A stretch of DNA of 58,215 nucleotides from the NCBI GenBank assembly GCA_964477925.1, contig CAYZFT010000001.1:1-58215 (forward strand), written 5' to 3'. The notes below the pieces were generated by a model. The model was given only the letters and a program-made list of their open reading frames with translations, made no database searches and had not been told where the DNA came from. This stretch comes from an uncultured Candidatus Saccharibacteria bacterium (GTDB taxonomy: Bacteria; Patescibacteriota; Saccharimonadia; Saccharimonadales; UBA4665). A program made the translations under genes and the position numbers. This document shows, piece after piece, positions 33,642-43,083 of the stretch; within the stretch, counting starts at the first letter, position 1, and each line of letters starts with the position of its first letter.

Positions 33642-34343
33642 CTACTCTTTGACAGCGATACTGAACGGAGTAAAATCGGTCTGTTTGTCGTAGTAGTCGA
33701 TTTGTTCGCGGCGCTTGAGTGCGCCGATGATGCGATAGGTAACGGGCAAAAACAAAACCTCAACTGTTACTTTGAAGCCCCAACCTATGGCAAGATATAC
33801 GAGCATATCTTGGCCAGTCAAGATGCCACCAAAGGCAATCAGCCCAAAAACGAGCGTGTCGAAAAACTCACCAACAATCGTTGAACCAACAAGTCTCAGC
33901 CACATTTGTTTACCCGCGGTTTTGACCTTTAGTTTGGCCAGCACAAATGAGTTCAAAAACTCGCCAACGACATAGGCAACAAGGCTGGCGATGACGATGC
34001 GCGGGAAGAAGCCGAGCGTGGTTTCAAAAGCGTTTTGCCCATCCCAGCCAGGGGCAGCCGGCAAGAACCGGACAATGGTGAGTGCGACAACGGCGAGTAG
34101 CATCACGAAAAAGCCTGTCCATATAGCGCGGCGGGCATAGCGGTAGCCATAGACTTCGGTCAAGATATCACCAAAAATGTAGGCGAGTGGGAAGAGTACA
34201 GCTCCTCCGTCGCTAATGATTGGGCCGAATGCTACGAGCTTGACGGCACCTAAGTTTGATATAAGTAAGATGCTCGCAAAGATTGCAAGAATCAGGTCGT
34301 AGTAACGGAACCGCGGTGCGGCCTCCGATAGGGGTTTTGTCAT
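33642..34343 (-). CDS. yhhQ: queuosine-precursor transporter (YhhQ/DUF165 family)
   Basis: LFPLAYIFGDILTEVYGYRYARRAIWTGF and six TM helices. ATG 34343 has a GGAG SD 7 nt upstream. GTG 34409 is the alternative start. Confidence 0.85.
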   Translation of the reverse strand: MTKPLSEAAPRFRYYDLILAIFASILLISNLGAVKLVAFGPIISDGGAVLFPLAYIFGDILTEVYGYRYARRAIWTGFFVMLLAVVALTIVRFLPAAPGWDGQNAFETTLGFFPRIVIASLVAYVVGEFLNSFVLAKLKVKTAGKQMWLRLVGSTIVGEFFDTLVFGLIAFGGILTGQDMLVYLAIGWGFKVTVEVLFLPVTYRIIGALKRREQIDYYDKQTDFTPFSIAVKE

Positions 34344-34459
34344 AATGGCACTCCATACAGTTGGCAACCGAAAGCTCGGTCGTTTGGTATTGTTTGATAC
34401 GAGTGCCACATCCTCACCCCGGCGGTCGGGGGAGCATACCGTACTAGCTACAAATTGTA
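34344..34459 (-). promoter_or_regulatory. yhhQ promoter and ~100-nt structured leader
   Basis: Minus-strand TACAAT is at 34454-34459. GGCACUC (34407-34401) can pair with GAGUGCC (34353-34347), which overlaps the SD. Confidence 0.4.
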
Positions 34460-34489
34460 CAAGCCGTTGCGTATCGTGACAAGCGTTTG

Positions 34490-36166
34490 TTACAAAATCG
34501 CTGCTTTACCGAGCCGCATGATGTGCTTTTCGCGGTACTCGTCGAAGGCGGCTTTGTTGCTGCCGTTTTTGCGTATAAAGGCGCTCATTTTTTCTGAGCC
34601 GATAAAATGGGGCAGTAACACGTAAGCTGCGCCAAGCTCATAGAGTGCAGCAGCTTTATCGTAGCTGGTCGTGTGGCATATAAAGATGCCGTTCGGGTTC
34701 TGGGACAAGTAGTATTTGAGCAGTTGGCTATTAGTCGTAAAACCAGGTACAACACTGACGACTAACTCGGCGTGGGCGATGCCGATTTCTTGCAGGAGCT
34801 CATAGTCGGTGACATCGCCATAGATGTGGTGGATGTGTTGCGACTCGAGCATTTCGATGACCGCCGGGTCGTAATCGACAACGACATAGGGTTTGTGCAT
34901 GTCGCGGAATACTCGTATGAATTCGTGCCCACCTTTGCGGTAGCCAAAGAGGATGTTCTTGTACTCAACATGCTTGCCGTGGTCACCAAGGGCGTTGCGA
35001 CGCTCGAAGATGCTAAGGTAGCGCCCGAACACCTTAAAGAGCCTATCATCGTACTTCATAAGATAACTTGAGACGGCTATCGTAATAAATGTCGTGAGCG
35101 TCAACGTACTGACGAGTTCAGCGCCGACGTAGCCGTTTGCTGCGGCGAGAGTGAGCATAATCACCGAGAATTCGCTCGTCTGCGACAGATGCGCACCGAC
35201 TCTGAAACCAGTTTGTTTGGTGTAGCCGAGCAGGCCTAAGCCTATTGCGACACTCAATGGTTTGATAATAACAACCACCAGCGATAGCGCCAGTGCGAGG
35301 CCGAGTGAACTTGCCAGCGTGTTGGGGCTAAGCATGCCGCCAAGGCTGACGAAAAAGAGCAACAAAAAGAAGTCACGGAGCGGTTTGAGCCGTGTACTGA
35401 TTTCTTGTGCGTAGGGGAGTGACGCAAGTGAAACACCAGCGAAAAGGGCACCGACTTCGAGCGAAAAACCAGCCCACAGAAAGACGGCCGCAACGCTAAA
35501 CGCCCACGCGAGCGAAAACGTAAACAAAAACTCTTGGCTGGCAGCAAAAAAACGGGCTAACCGTGGCAGTACGAACCAGCCGACAAATGCTAAGCTTCCC
35601 ATCATCATCAGACCCTTGCCGGCCAGAGCGAACATCGCTTCTGCGCCACCGCCTTGTTTGGCCGAAGACAATGCTACGAGTGCAATGGTTGCGGCTATGT
35701 CCTCGACGAGTAATATGCCGATGGCGATTTGACCATGTAGCCGGTGGTGTTCACGGTCATCGACAAGTGCCTTAACCACCACAATCGTACTACTAAAGAG
35801 CATTGCAGTAGCTAGTAGTAGCGCTTCGAGTTGGTTCAGATTAAAGAGTGTACCCACGCCAAGTGTTGTCGCGCCGACGAGGACGGTATTGAGCAGAAAA
35901 ACGAGAAAAACCGGGCGACCCGTCTGCCGGATTACCCCGACATTGAGCCCCAAGCCGACAATGAAAAGTAGGAGAGCAATGCCTATTTGGCTAAAAGACA
36001 GAAAGGCTGCTTGGTCATGTACGATACCGAGCAGCGATGGCCCGCAGATAATGCCTGTCAAAATGTAGCCAATGATGAGGGGTTGGCGCAGTACGCGCAT
36101 GATTATTGACACACTAGCAGCAACGGCGAGGACAACACTAAGCTGCATGAAAAATGACGAATCCAT
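34490..36166 (-). CDS. cation:proton antiporter (Kef/CPA2-type) with C-terminal TrkA-N/RCK-like domain
   Basis: About 12 TM helices (QPLIIGYILTGIICGPSLLG). The C-terminal soluble domain has ILFGYRKGGHEF. The ORF track start is 36202. Confidence 0.85.
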   Translation of the reverse strand: MDSSFFMQLSVVLAVAASVSIIMRVLRQPLIIGYILTGIICGPSLLGIVHDQAAFLSFSQIGIALLLFIVGLGLNVGVIRQTGRPVFLVFLLNTVLVGATTLGVGTLFNLNQLEALLLATAMLFSSTIVVVKALVDDREHHRLHGQIAIGILLVEDIAATIALVALSSAKQGGGAEAMFALAGKGLMMMGSLAFVGWFVLPRLARFFAASQEFLFTFSLAWAFSVAAVFLWAGFSLEVGALFAGVSLASLPYAQEISTRLKPLRDFFLLLFFVSLGGMLSPNTLASSLGLALALSLVVVIIKPLSVAIGLGLLGYTKQTGFRVGAHLSQTSEFSVIMLTLAAANGYVGAELVSTLTLTTFITIAVSSYLMKYDDRLFKVFGRYLSIFERRNALGDHGKHVEYKNILFGYRKGGHEFIRVFRDMHKPYVVVDYDPAVIEMLESQHIHHIYGDVTDYELLQEIGIAHAELVVSVVPGFTTNSQLLKYYLSQNPNGIFICHTTSYDKAAALYELGAAYVLLPHFIGSEKMSAFIRKNGSNKAAFDEYREKHIMRLGKAAIL

Positions 36167-36311
36167 TACTACTATAGTCGCACGCCGCTTGTGGTTGGGC
36201 AATAGTTCTTGGACGTAATACGTTGTCAGTAAGTTTGCTTACATACAAAAGCGCCGTGGAGGGGTAGAGTACTAAGCGGAAACACGATTACATACGAGAA
36301 TCATTTCCGTG

Positions 36312-36337
36312 AAAAAGCCCGAATGTGCGGGCTTTTT
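36312..36337. terminator. bidirectional rho-independent terminator
   Basis: aaaaagcccg-aatgtg-cgggcttttt. Confidence 0.8.
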
Positions 36338-36346
36338 AAAATAGGC

Positions 36347-36766
36347 TTACTTTTTCTGGCACTCGGCGCATAACCCAAACAGTTCGACCTGGTGAGAGTG
36401 AACCGAAAACTCATAGTGGTTCGCAAGGCGCTTGATAGCTTCCTCAAACGTAGAGTCCTCCTCGAGAATGATACTGGCTGCACAACGTGTGCATGTTGCA
36501 TGGTGATGGTGGTGGTCAAAACTGTCACTGAGCTCAACTTTGTATTTCCAGCCGATATGTACTCTGTGGGTGATGGCGAGCGTCTCAAAAAGCTCGACAG
36601 TACGATACACACTTGCGCGGTCAATGCCTGAGCAGTATGAAATCAACTCGTGCATAGTCAGCGCACCATGCTCTGCAAGCACCGTAAATACTGTTTTACG
36701 CGCAGTGGTCAGGCTGTAGCTATGCTGCTTGAGGGTTGCGGAGAGGGTAGTAATTTTGGGCTGCAT
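36347..36766 (-). CDS. zur: Fur-family metalloregulator (probable Zur)
   Basis: Winged helix (TTARKTVFTVLAEHGALTMHELI), a His-rich site HHHHHATCTRC, and a C-terminal CAEC. Divergent from the ZIP transporter. TGcTACAAT lies 7 nt before ATG 36766. Confidence 0.85.
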   Translation of the reverse strand: MQPKITTLSATLKQHSYSLTTARKTVFTVLAEHGALTMHELISYCSGIDRASVYRTVELFETLAITHRVHIGWKYKVELSDSFDHHHHHATCTRCAASIILEEDSTFEEAIKRLANHYEFSVHSHQVELFGLCAECQKK

Positions 36767-36767
36767 G

Positions 36768-36805
36768 TTGCAAATTGTAGCAATATTGCGACACTTTTGC
36801 AATTA
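36768..36805. promoter_or_regulatory. candidate Zur operator in the divergent zur/ZIP promoter region
   Basis: Perfect 10-bp palindrome gcaatattgc at 36780-36789, flanked by ttgcaaatt (36768-36776) and ttgcaatta (36797-36805). It overlaps the zur -10 box. Confidence 0.45.
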
Positions 36806-36862
36806 TCACACGCGGCAGTTAGGCTTAAGAAAGATATAAATCAACAAAAGGTAGCTCCAGCT

Positions 36863-37639
36863 ATGGCAGATTACGGACAAGTTATATTTTTCTCTCTAAT
36901 CGGAGGCTTGTTTTCCCTGATAGGCGGGGCAATCCTGCTCGCCAGCAAAAAAACCGCGATTGGACTGGCGCGCTATGCAACGCCGTTTGCAGCCGGTGCG
37001 ATGATTGCGGCGGTTTTTATGGATTTGCTACTCGAGGGCATCGAGCAGTCACCGGCCAAAACCGTCATGCTGGCCACTGTTGTCGGAATCATCTTGTTTT
37101 ATTTTTCTGAGCGCTTTCTGCATTGGTTTCACCATCACCACCAAGATGATGAGTCAAGCGAAGTCAAACAGAATCATGACGCAACATTGCCACTCATCAT
37201 TGCGGGCGATACGATCCATAACGCACTTGACGGCGTGGCGATTGCTGCCGCATTCCTGGTAAGTCCTGCGACCGGTATCATTACGACCATCGTGATTGCG
37301 GCGCATGAAATACCACAAGAGATTGGGGATTTTGGCCTGATGTTGCACAAGGGTTTAAGCCGCGGCAAAACACTACTCGTCAACGCCATGAGTGCGCTAG
37401 CCACGACTGTATTCGCCGTCGTCACTTTTGCACTGGGAAGTTCAAATGCATTGCCAATGGGCATACTAATTGGCCTCTCGGCTGGATTCCTGCTCTACAT
37501 CGCCATGAGCGACATCATGCCTGAACTACATAAGCATGATAAGAGTGGTCGTCTGTTCAATTGGCAACCGTTGCTCCTAGTTCTCGGCGTTATCGTTGTA
37601 GTCTTAGCCGTGCAGGTTGCACATAATATCATCAAGTAA
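36863..37639 (+). CDS. zupT: ZIP-family divalent metal transporter (ZupT-like)
   Basis: Contains HNALDGVAIAAAF and AAHEIPQEIGDFG plus a His-rich loop HWFHHHHQDD. ATG 36863 gives MADYGQVIFF. The ORF track start is 36650. Confidence 0.88.
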   Translation: MADYGQVIFFSLIGGLFSLIGGAILLASKKTAIGLARYATPFAAGAMIAAVFMDLLLEGIEQSPAKTVMLATVVGIILFYFSERFLHWFHHHHQDDESSEVKQNHDATLPLIIAGDTIHNALDGVAIAAAFLVSPATGIITTIVIAAHEIPQEIGDFGLMLHKGLSRGKTLLVNAMSALATTVFAVVTFALGSSNALPMGILIGLSAGFLLYIAMSDIMPELHKHDKSGRLFNWQPLLLVLGVIVVVLAVQVAHNIIK

Positions 37640-37657
37640 ATCTGCTACACTACTAGT

Positions 37658-38737
37658 ATGCAAATAGCGGTGATAGTACTCGGGGTGTTGGTTGTCTTGC
37701 TCGGCGGAGCAGTACTCTTTATGGCTAGCCAGCCGAAAAAAGACGATACACAGAGTGCGCTGCTTATCAAAGAAGATTTGCGAGCGCTGAGCGAAGATAT
37801 CACCAAGCTCAAAGATGGCGTCCAGACGCAGATAAATGACCGCATGGAAAAAAGCCAAGCCATGATGATGGGTAGCCTGCAAAAACAGTCGAGCGAGAGC
37901 AACAAAATTATCACCGAAATCACACGCAATCTCACAGAGTTGAAAGAGTCAAACAAACGCGTGGTTGATGTAGCCGATGAGCTCAAAACTTTGCAAAATG
38001 TCTTGCAAAACCCTAAGCAGCGTGGTGGCTTGGGCGAATACTACCTCGATACGGTGCTTGGCAACGTATTGCCGCCGCATATCTACGAGATGCAGTACAA
38101 ATTCAAAGATGGTGAGATCGTCGATGCTATCATCAAGCTTGATAAAGGGCGCATTCTGCCTATCGATAGCAAATTTAGCCTTGAGAACTACAACCGTCTA
38201 ATCGAGGAAAAAGACAAAACGCAGCGTGAAATTATCGTGAAAACATTTAAAACTGACCTCAAAAACCGCATAGACGAGACGGCCAAATACATTCGCCCAG
38301 CCGAAAACACCCTCGATTATGCCTTTATGTTTATCCCGTCAGAAGCAATCTATTACGACCTGCTTATCAATAACGTCGGTGCAACTGGTACGAACTCTCG
38401 CGACCTCATCGAGTACGCATTCATCGACAAAAAGGTCATCATCGTCAGCCCGACAACACTACTCGCATACCTGCAAACTGTCATGCAGGGGCTGAAGAGC
38501 TTACAAATAGAGGAGCAGGCCAAAGACATTCAGAAACGTGTCGGCGAACTCGGCAAACATATTGCCGCACACGATAGCTTTATGCAGAAGCTCGGCAACA
38601 GCCTCGGCACCACAGTGAACCATTTCAATAGTGCTCACAAGTCGCTTGGTCGTATGGACAAAGATGTCGTCAAAATCGCCGATGCGACACCTTCGGTAGA
38701 ACCACTCCTCCTTGACAAACCCCAAACCGACGACTAA
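37658..38737 (+). CDS. rmuC: DNA recombination protein RmuC
   Basis: N-terminal TM helix, a coiled coil, then RGGLGEYYLDTVL, PIDSKF and FIPSEAIY. TGcTACACT (37646-37651) lies 6 nt before the ATG. Confidence 0.88.
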   Translation: MQIAVIVLGVLVVLLGGAVLFMASQPKKDDTQSALLIKEDLRALSEDITKLKDGVQTQINDRMEKSQAMMMGSLQKQSSESNKIITEITRNLTELKESNKRVVDVADELKTLQNVLQNPKQRGGLGEYYLDTVLGNVLPPHIYEMQYKFKDGEIVDAIIKLDKGRILPIDSKFSLENYNRLIEEKDKTQREIIVKTFKTDLKNRIDETAKYIRPAENTLDYAFMFIPSEAIYYDLLINNVGATGTNSRDLIEYAFIDKKVIIVSPTTLLAYLQTVMQGLKSLQIEEQAKDIQKRVGELGKHIAAHDSFMQKLGNSLGTTVNHFNSAHKSLGRMDKDVVKIADATPSVEPLLLDKPQTDD

Positions 38738-38767
38738 TTATTTTATAGCGACCGTGAAGGCTAGAGG

Positions 38768-39013
38768 TTATGCTGCTGTACACATGAAGCGACTCAGATT
38801 TCTAATGTGATGACCAAAGTTATCGCCGGTCGGCGATTCGATTGCTCGTGCGATTGGCATTTGGCCGAGTTTGCGCGCTAGAGTTGGGTGGTCTGTGACA
38901 GGCCCACGAAGTGCTGTACGGGCCTGCCATCTTTCGTCATGGAGCTCTATACATGAATCTGGTTCGATTGTTTGATTAGGTTGGTGTTGTGGGACGTTCT
39001 CAATCTTATGCAT
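38768..39013 (-). CDS. hypothetical protein
   Basis: 81 aa from ATG 39013, with SD aagga upstream. No motif recognised. Lies in a region that looks AT-rich by eye. Confidence 0.35.
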   Translation of the reverse strand: MHKIENVPQHQPNQTIEPDSCIELHDERWQARTALRGPVTDHPTLARKLGQMPIARAIESPTGDNFGHHIRNLSRFMCTAA

Positions 39014-39451
39014 GTAGTTTTTCCTTTCGTTACGATTTTGTGATGGGAATAGTAGCGTACAATAGGCCATCGCTACAGGCAAAACGGTTGAATATTTTTG
39101 TCACCATAGTACAAACCGCTGAAGCTAGTACATACATAGTTCATACTAACAACACAGCACTAAAAAATATCCGCGATAGCAGAAAATTTTTAAGGTGTGA
39201 GCAGAGACTAGCGATTATTTGCGCAACTTAGAGCGGGGCATGCAGTTTTTAGCGAAGGAAGTAGTAGGTGCTGATAGCATACCGTGAAATAGTAGGGGTT
39301 AGCTGTACGCAAAGGTCTGGTAGTAACTTATGACCCAACTTCGCATTTAAAACGGCACGCCCAGTCGTTTGATTGGTGCTGTCGCAGTCAACCAGATTGT
39401 TACATTAATAGATACCGAACCGCTGCTTCTCAATAGTACCTAAGCCGACGA

Positions 39452-39991
39452 TTAGCGTACCACAGAAGGTGCTATTGAGACGTTGAGCATGTGGAGCACA
39501 CCAACATAAATGCCATTTTGAGCAGCCGGTTCGGCGCCAATATTCACGCATGTATCTGGCGAACCAAAGAAAGTCGACACAAGACTCATATGGGGGCCGA
39601 CGATAAAACCGGTTTCAAGCCGGGGCTCAATGTGTCGTTTTGTTGGCAACATAAAATCAATTTTTCTACCACGCATTCCTTCGATTGCCGACCCTAGACT
39701 CGCCATAGTATCGAGCAGAAACGCCCCTTCTGGCCCTTCGTTTCTCATGCGCTCTTCCCATAGTGCCGACCACTGCGCTTCAGTTTTTGGTGTAGCTATG
39801 TCTTGTGTTCTTTTGGTCTGAGCAAAAAGATCTTGCCAAGCGAGTTCACTATATTTTGCAAGTATACCTCTACCTCTGAGCTGTTGAAATGCTAAAGATT
39901 CCAGGCTCTTGACCCCATTGACATAAGTTTCCTCATGCGTTCCCGGCACGACACCCTCGAGAAATGATTGTTCAAAACGTTGTGTTGCCAT
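39452..39991 (-). CDS. hypothetical protein
   Basis: 179-aa ORF with no motif recognised. Flanked by ~370 and ~410 bp of non-coding sequence. Confidence 0.5.
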   Translation of the reverse strand: MATQRFEQSFLEGVVPGTHEETYVNGVKSLESLAFQQLRGRGILAKYSELAWQDLFAQTKRTQDIATPKTEAQWSALWEERMRNEGPEGAFLLDTMASLGSAIEGMRGRKIDFMLPTKRHIEPRLETGFIVGPHMSLVSTFFGSPDTCVNIGAEPAAQNGIYVGVLHMLNVSIAPSVVR

Positions 39992-40404
39992 GTTGTACCC
40001 CTATGTTAAGTTGATGCGGGTGTAAGTTTATAAAAATACCTAGACATCAAAAATAGAAGGTGGTGACAATTTTTTGTTGCAAACATGACCTTTGCTGTGT
40101 GGGCACAAGAGTTCGCACAAAAACATAGTGTAGTCATTCAGCGGGCCACTTAACTTTTGTATTAACGGTGGAAGTAGTAGAGGTGGGCGAGAAAATGCCG
40201 CGTAACCGCGCGACTGAGCTGTAAAAGCGCAAGAAAATGTGCAGTAATAATGGTGGCGTGTACAAGTCTAGTCATAATTTTTGTTTTGGTTAACTATGGC
40301 ACATACTAGCACCGAACCTAGAAAAAATATGTAATAAAACTTACCGAAACGGACACGAACCACCGTCTTTCTGACGACGCAGAAGTAGGGGCGAGATTTG
40401 ATGC

Positions 40405-41220
40405 TTAGACTAATATGCCGGCGGCGATGAGAAAGAGGATGATAAAGCCGATGACGATGCGATATATGGCAAAAATGCGGAAGTTATGCCTGGTGATGTA
40501 GCGTAGAAGCCACTTAATGGCAAAAAGGGCAGTCACGAACGAGGCGATAACGCCGACTATAAGCGCCGGCCAGCCGCCGGTAACATTCGGCACTTGGTCG
40601 TAATATTTGACGAGTTTATAGCCACTAGCCAAAACCATGACAGGTATGCTCAGGTAAAATGAGAAGGCAGTTGCAGTGGGGCGGTTAAGACCAACAGCTA
40701 GGCCGGTGACAATGCTAGCGCCACTTCGTGAAACACCAGGGAATATTGCGATGGCCTGGCCGAGGCCAACGAGGATGGCTTGTTTTTTGGTGATGGTTGC
40801 GAGGTCGGTCTTGGGCGCTCGCTCACCAGCGGGCTTGCGGTCAACGAACCACAAGATGATACCACCGAGTATCAGCGAAACGGCAACGTAAAATGGTATG
40901 GTCAACCCCTGCATTGGTTTGTCGAGCAACAGACCGAAAATGCCGGCCGGGACGGTGCCGATGGCGAGTATGAGCCAAAAATTGAGCGCGGCTTTGTCGC
41001 GTTTGAAAAACCCGAGCGTTTTCTCAATTAAATCCTTACGGTAATACCAGACGACTGCGGCGATTGCGCCGAGTTGGATTACCACGGTAAAAAGCTCATT
41101 TTTATCATGAAAATTCAAGATTTTTTCGGAGACAATAAGGTGCCCGGTACTGCTAATGGGTAGAAACTCAGTAACACCTTCAATTATCCCCAGAACAATT
41201 GCCTGTATAAGCGCTAACAT
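40405..41220 (-). CDS. uppP: undecaprenyl-diphosphate phosphatase
   Basis: Contains GIIEGVTEFLPISSTGHL and PGVSRSGASI. TGtATACT lies 7 nt before ATG 41220. The ORF track start is GTG 41226. Confidence 0.93.
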   Translation of the reverse strand: MLALIQAIVLGIIEGVTEFLPISSTGHLIVSEKILNFHDKNELFTVVIQLGAIAAVVWYYRKDLIEKTLGFFKRDKAALNFWLILAIGTVPAGIFGLLLDKPMQGLTIPFYVAVSLILGGIILWFVDRKPAGERAPKTDLATITKKQAILVGLGQAIAIFPGVSRSGASIVTGLAVGLNRPTATAFSFYLSIPVMVLASGYKLVKYYDQVPNVTGGWPALIVGVIASFVTALFAIKWLLRYITRHNFRIFAIYRIVIGFIILFLIAAGILV

Positions 41221-41252
41221 GCTCACTAGTATACAGCAATAACGTGGTTACT

Positions 41253-41444
41253 TTAGCTATAAAATGAGTGTAAGAGCTCATAGACGACGTAGGCTGGCCA
41301 GACTATCGCCTTGAGTAAGCCAAGTGTGCCGGCCCAGAAGCTATCGGCGTTTTGTATAAAATAAATGGCCGCACCAATTAGGCCGAGGCCGTAGACTGCT
41401 TCGCCACCACCTTGCGCGGTCGTGCAATTTCCTTGCTTTGACAT
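41253..41444 (-). CDS. hypothetical small membrane protein (2 TM)
   Basis: 63 aa with a strong SD aaggagg 8 nt upstream on the minus strand. Contains GLGLIGAAIYFI and LLKAIVWPAYVVY. Confidence 0.65.
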   Translation of the reverse strand: MSKQGNCTTAQGGGEAVYGLGLIGAAIYFIQNADSFWAGTLGLLKAIVWPAYVVYELLHSFYS

Positions 41445-41521
41445 ATACTTATCCTCCTTAGGTACTTCTCAGTATACGCCCAAATGTACACGTAACAGTA
41501 GGCTCGATTACAGGGAGAGAT

Positions 41522-42940
41522 CTAGCGGTATTCGGTGTTCAGCAGGTCGATAATGAGTGCGGCGGTCCATGAGAAGTTGTGCGCGCCAAGCGGCTCGGCA
41601 GTGAGCGGGTCGAAGTACTCGGCAAAGCCTGATTGTTGCACCATAGCAATGGTGCTTTCGGCGAGCGCGGCAGCATGGTCGTGGTAGCCGTAGCGCTTGA
41701 GACCGTCGATGATGAGCCAGTTGGTGTTGACCCAGGCGGGGCCTTGCCAATAGCGCTTCGGGTCAAACTGTGGGCTGTTGAGCGGCACGCTCGGTATGGG
41801 GTAGTTTGGCCCAAACATGTGTTGGTTCTCGAGTGTTGCCACGAGCTCGGCGGCCCGTTGTTTGCTGATGCAGCCAGCGTAGAGCGGGAGCAGAGTGGCG
41901 ATGGAGGGCTGTTTGAGCAAGCGGTGCGTGACGAAATCGCGTGACCAATAGGACTTGGCATAGGGGTCCCACAGCTGCTCAAGAGCCACCTCGGTCTTTT
42001 TCATATTTGCTAATAAATCTTCAGGCAGTTCGTGGTGAAGTGTGTGGGCAATGTCGCGGAGGCGACTATTGGCACGGATGAGGATGCTATTAAAATTAAG
42101 ATCCTCGATAGTGAAGAGACCGTGGTCGAGAATTTTGATAGTGTCGTAAGCTTTGCGGCGCAAGCGGCGCTGAGCGTTAAAAAGCGTCAGTATTTCGAGC
42201 GTAGAAAAGCGTTGGCCAGGGGGGATTGAGCGGCGGTCGCGGCGAAAGAAACCAATCACACCTTCGAGGTGCAACTTGCTGATGGTACGTATCCAGCCGG
42301 GCATGCGGTGTTCGTGTAGCTCGGTCATCCAGGGCGGTGTGTTGTCGAGGCCGGTTTCCCACGGGTGTACGAGCAAGATCAGGCCTTCTTTGTGTGGGTC
42401 GCGGTCATTATATAGCCACTGGTGGTATTTGATAATGCTTGGTAGCATAAATTTGAACCAACTGCGCCGTTCGGCAGCGCTTAGGCTCTGGCCAACTTGC
42501 CAGACAGCCTCGGCCAGCATGGGTGGTTGCGTGATGCCACTCGTAGCTAGGTCGTCTGGAGAGCTGGGATTGATTTCGCTGCGCCAATAGTCTCGGTCAG
42601 TGCGATACTGCGGCTCTTGGCTAAAGATAATGTTGGGCAACATGCCGCTTGACCATTGCCCTCTAGTTAGGCTGGCAAGCTCCATTTGAGCACGGTCAAC
42701 ATCGAGGTGGCGGAGGCCAATCGCGATAAAGCAGCTGTCCCAGAGCCATTGGTGTGGGTAGAGGTCTTCGGCGGGAACGGTGTAAAAACCGCGGTCATTG
42801 GTGGCCAAAATCTGCGCAGCCCGCTCCGCCAACGTGGTCGGAGTTTCAACGCCAGAGCTTCTTGGCTCCATGGTACTTGGGCTTGAGTCAGAACTGTGGG
42901 CACTAGAACGAGATTTTGTATTTTCGGTTAGAGTGCTCAT
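41522..42940 (-). CDS. six-hairpin glycoside hydrolase (GH63/glycogen-debranching-like)
   Basis: Contains YPHQWLWDSCFIAIGL, HPWETGLDN and WQGPAWVNTNWLIIDGLKRYG. TATAAT lies 7 nt before ATG 42940. The ORF track start is 42949. Confidence 0.75.
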   Translation of the reverse strand: MSTLTENTKSRSSAHSSDSSPSTMEPRSSGVETPTTLAERAAQILATNDRGFYTVPAEDLYPHQWLWDSCFIAIGLRHLDVDRAQMELASLTRGQWSSGMLPNIIFSQEPQYRTDRDYWRSEINPSSPDDLATSGITQPPMLAEAVWQVGQSLSAAERRSWFKFMLPSIIKYHQWLYNDRDPHKEGLILLVHPWETGLDNTPPWMTELHEHRMPGWIRTISKLHLEGVIGFFRRDRRSIPPGQRFSTLEILTLFNAQRRLRRKAYDTIKILDHGLFTIEDLNFNSILIRANSRLRDIAHTLHHELPEDLLANMKKTEVALEQLWDPYAKSYWSRDFVTHRLLKQPSIATLLPLYAGCISKQRAAELVATLENQHMFGPNYPIPSVPLNSPQFDPKRYWQGPAWVNTNWLIIDGLKRYGYHDHAAALAESTIAMVQQSGFAEYFDPLTAEPLGAHNFSWTAALIIDLLNTEYR

Positions 42941-43083
42941 AGTTATCATTATACGTTAAGCTACGTCTGTATGTCATGGAAATACTAATCTACCAGTGCA
43001 ATTTAGCTCCCTTTTCTTGGGTATCACGGCATAAACCCATACATATAATTGAAAAAAGTAAAAAGACATGATATCATACAAGT

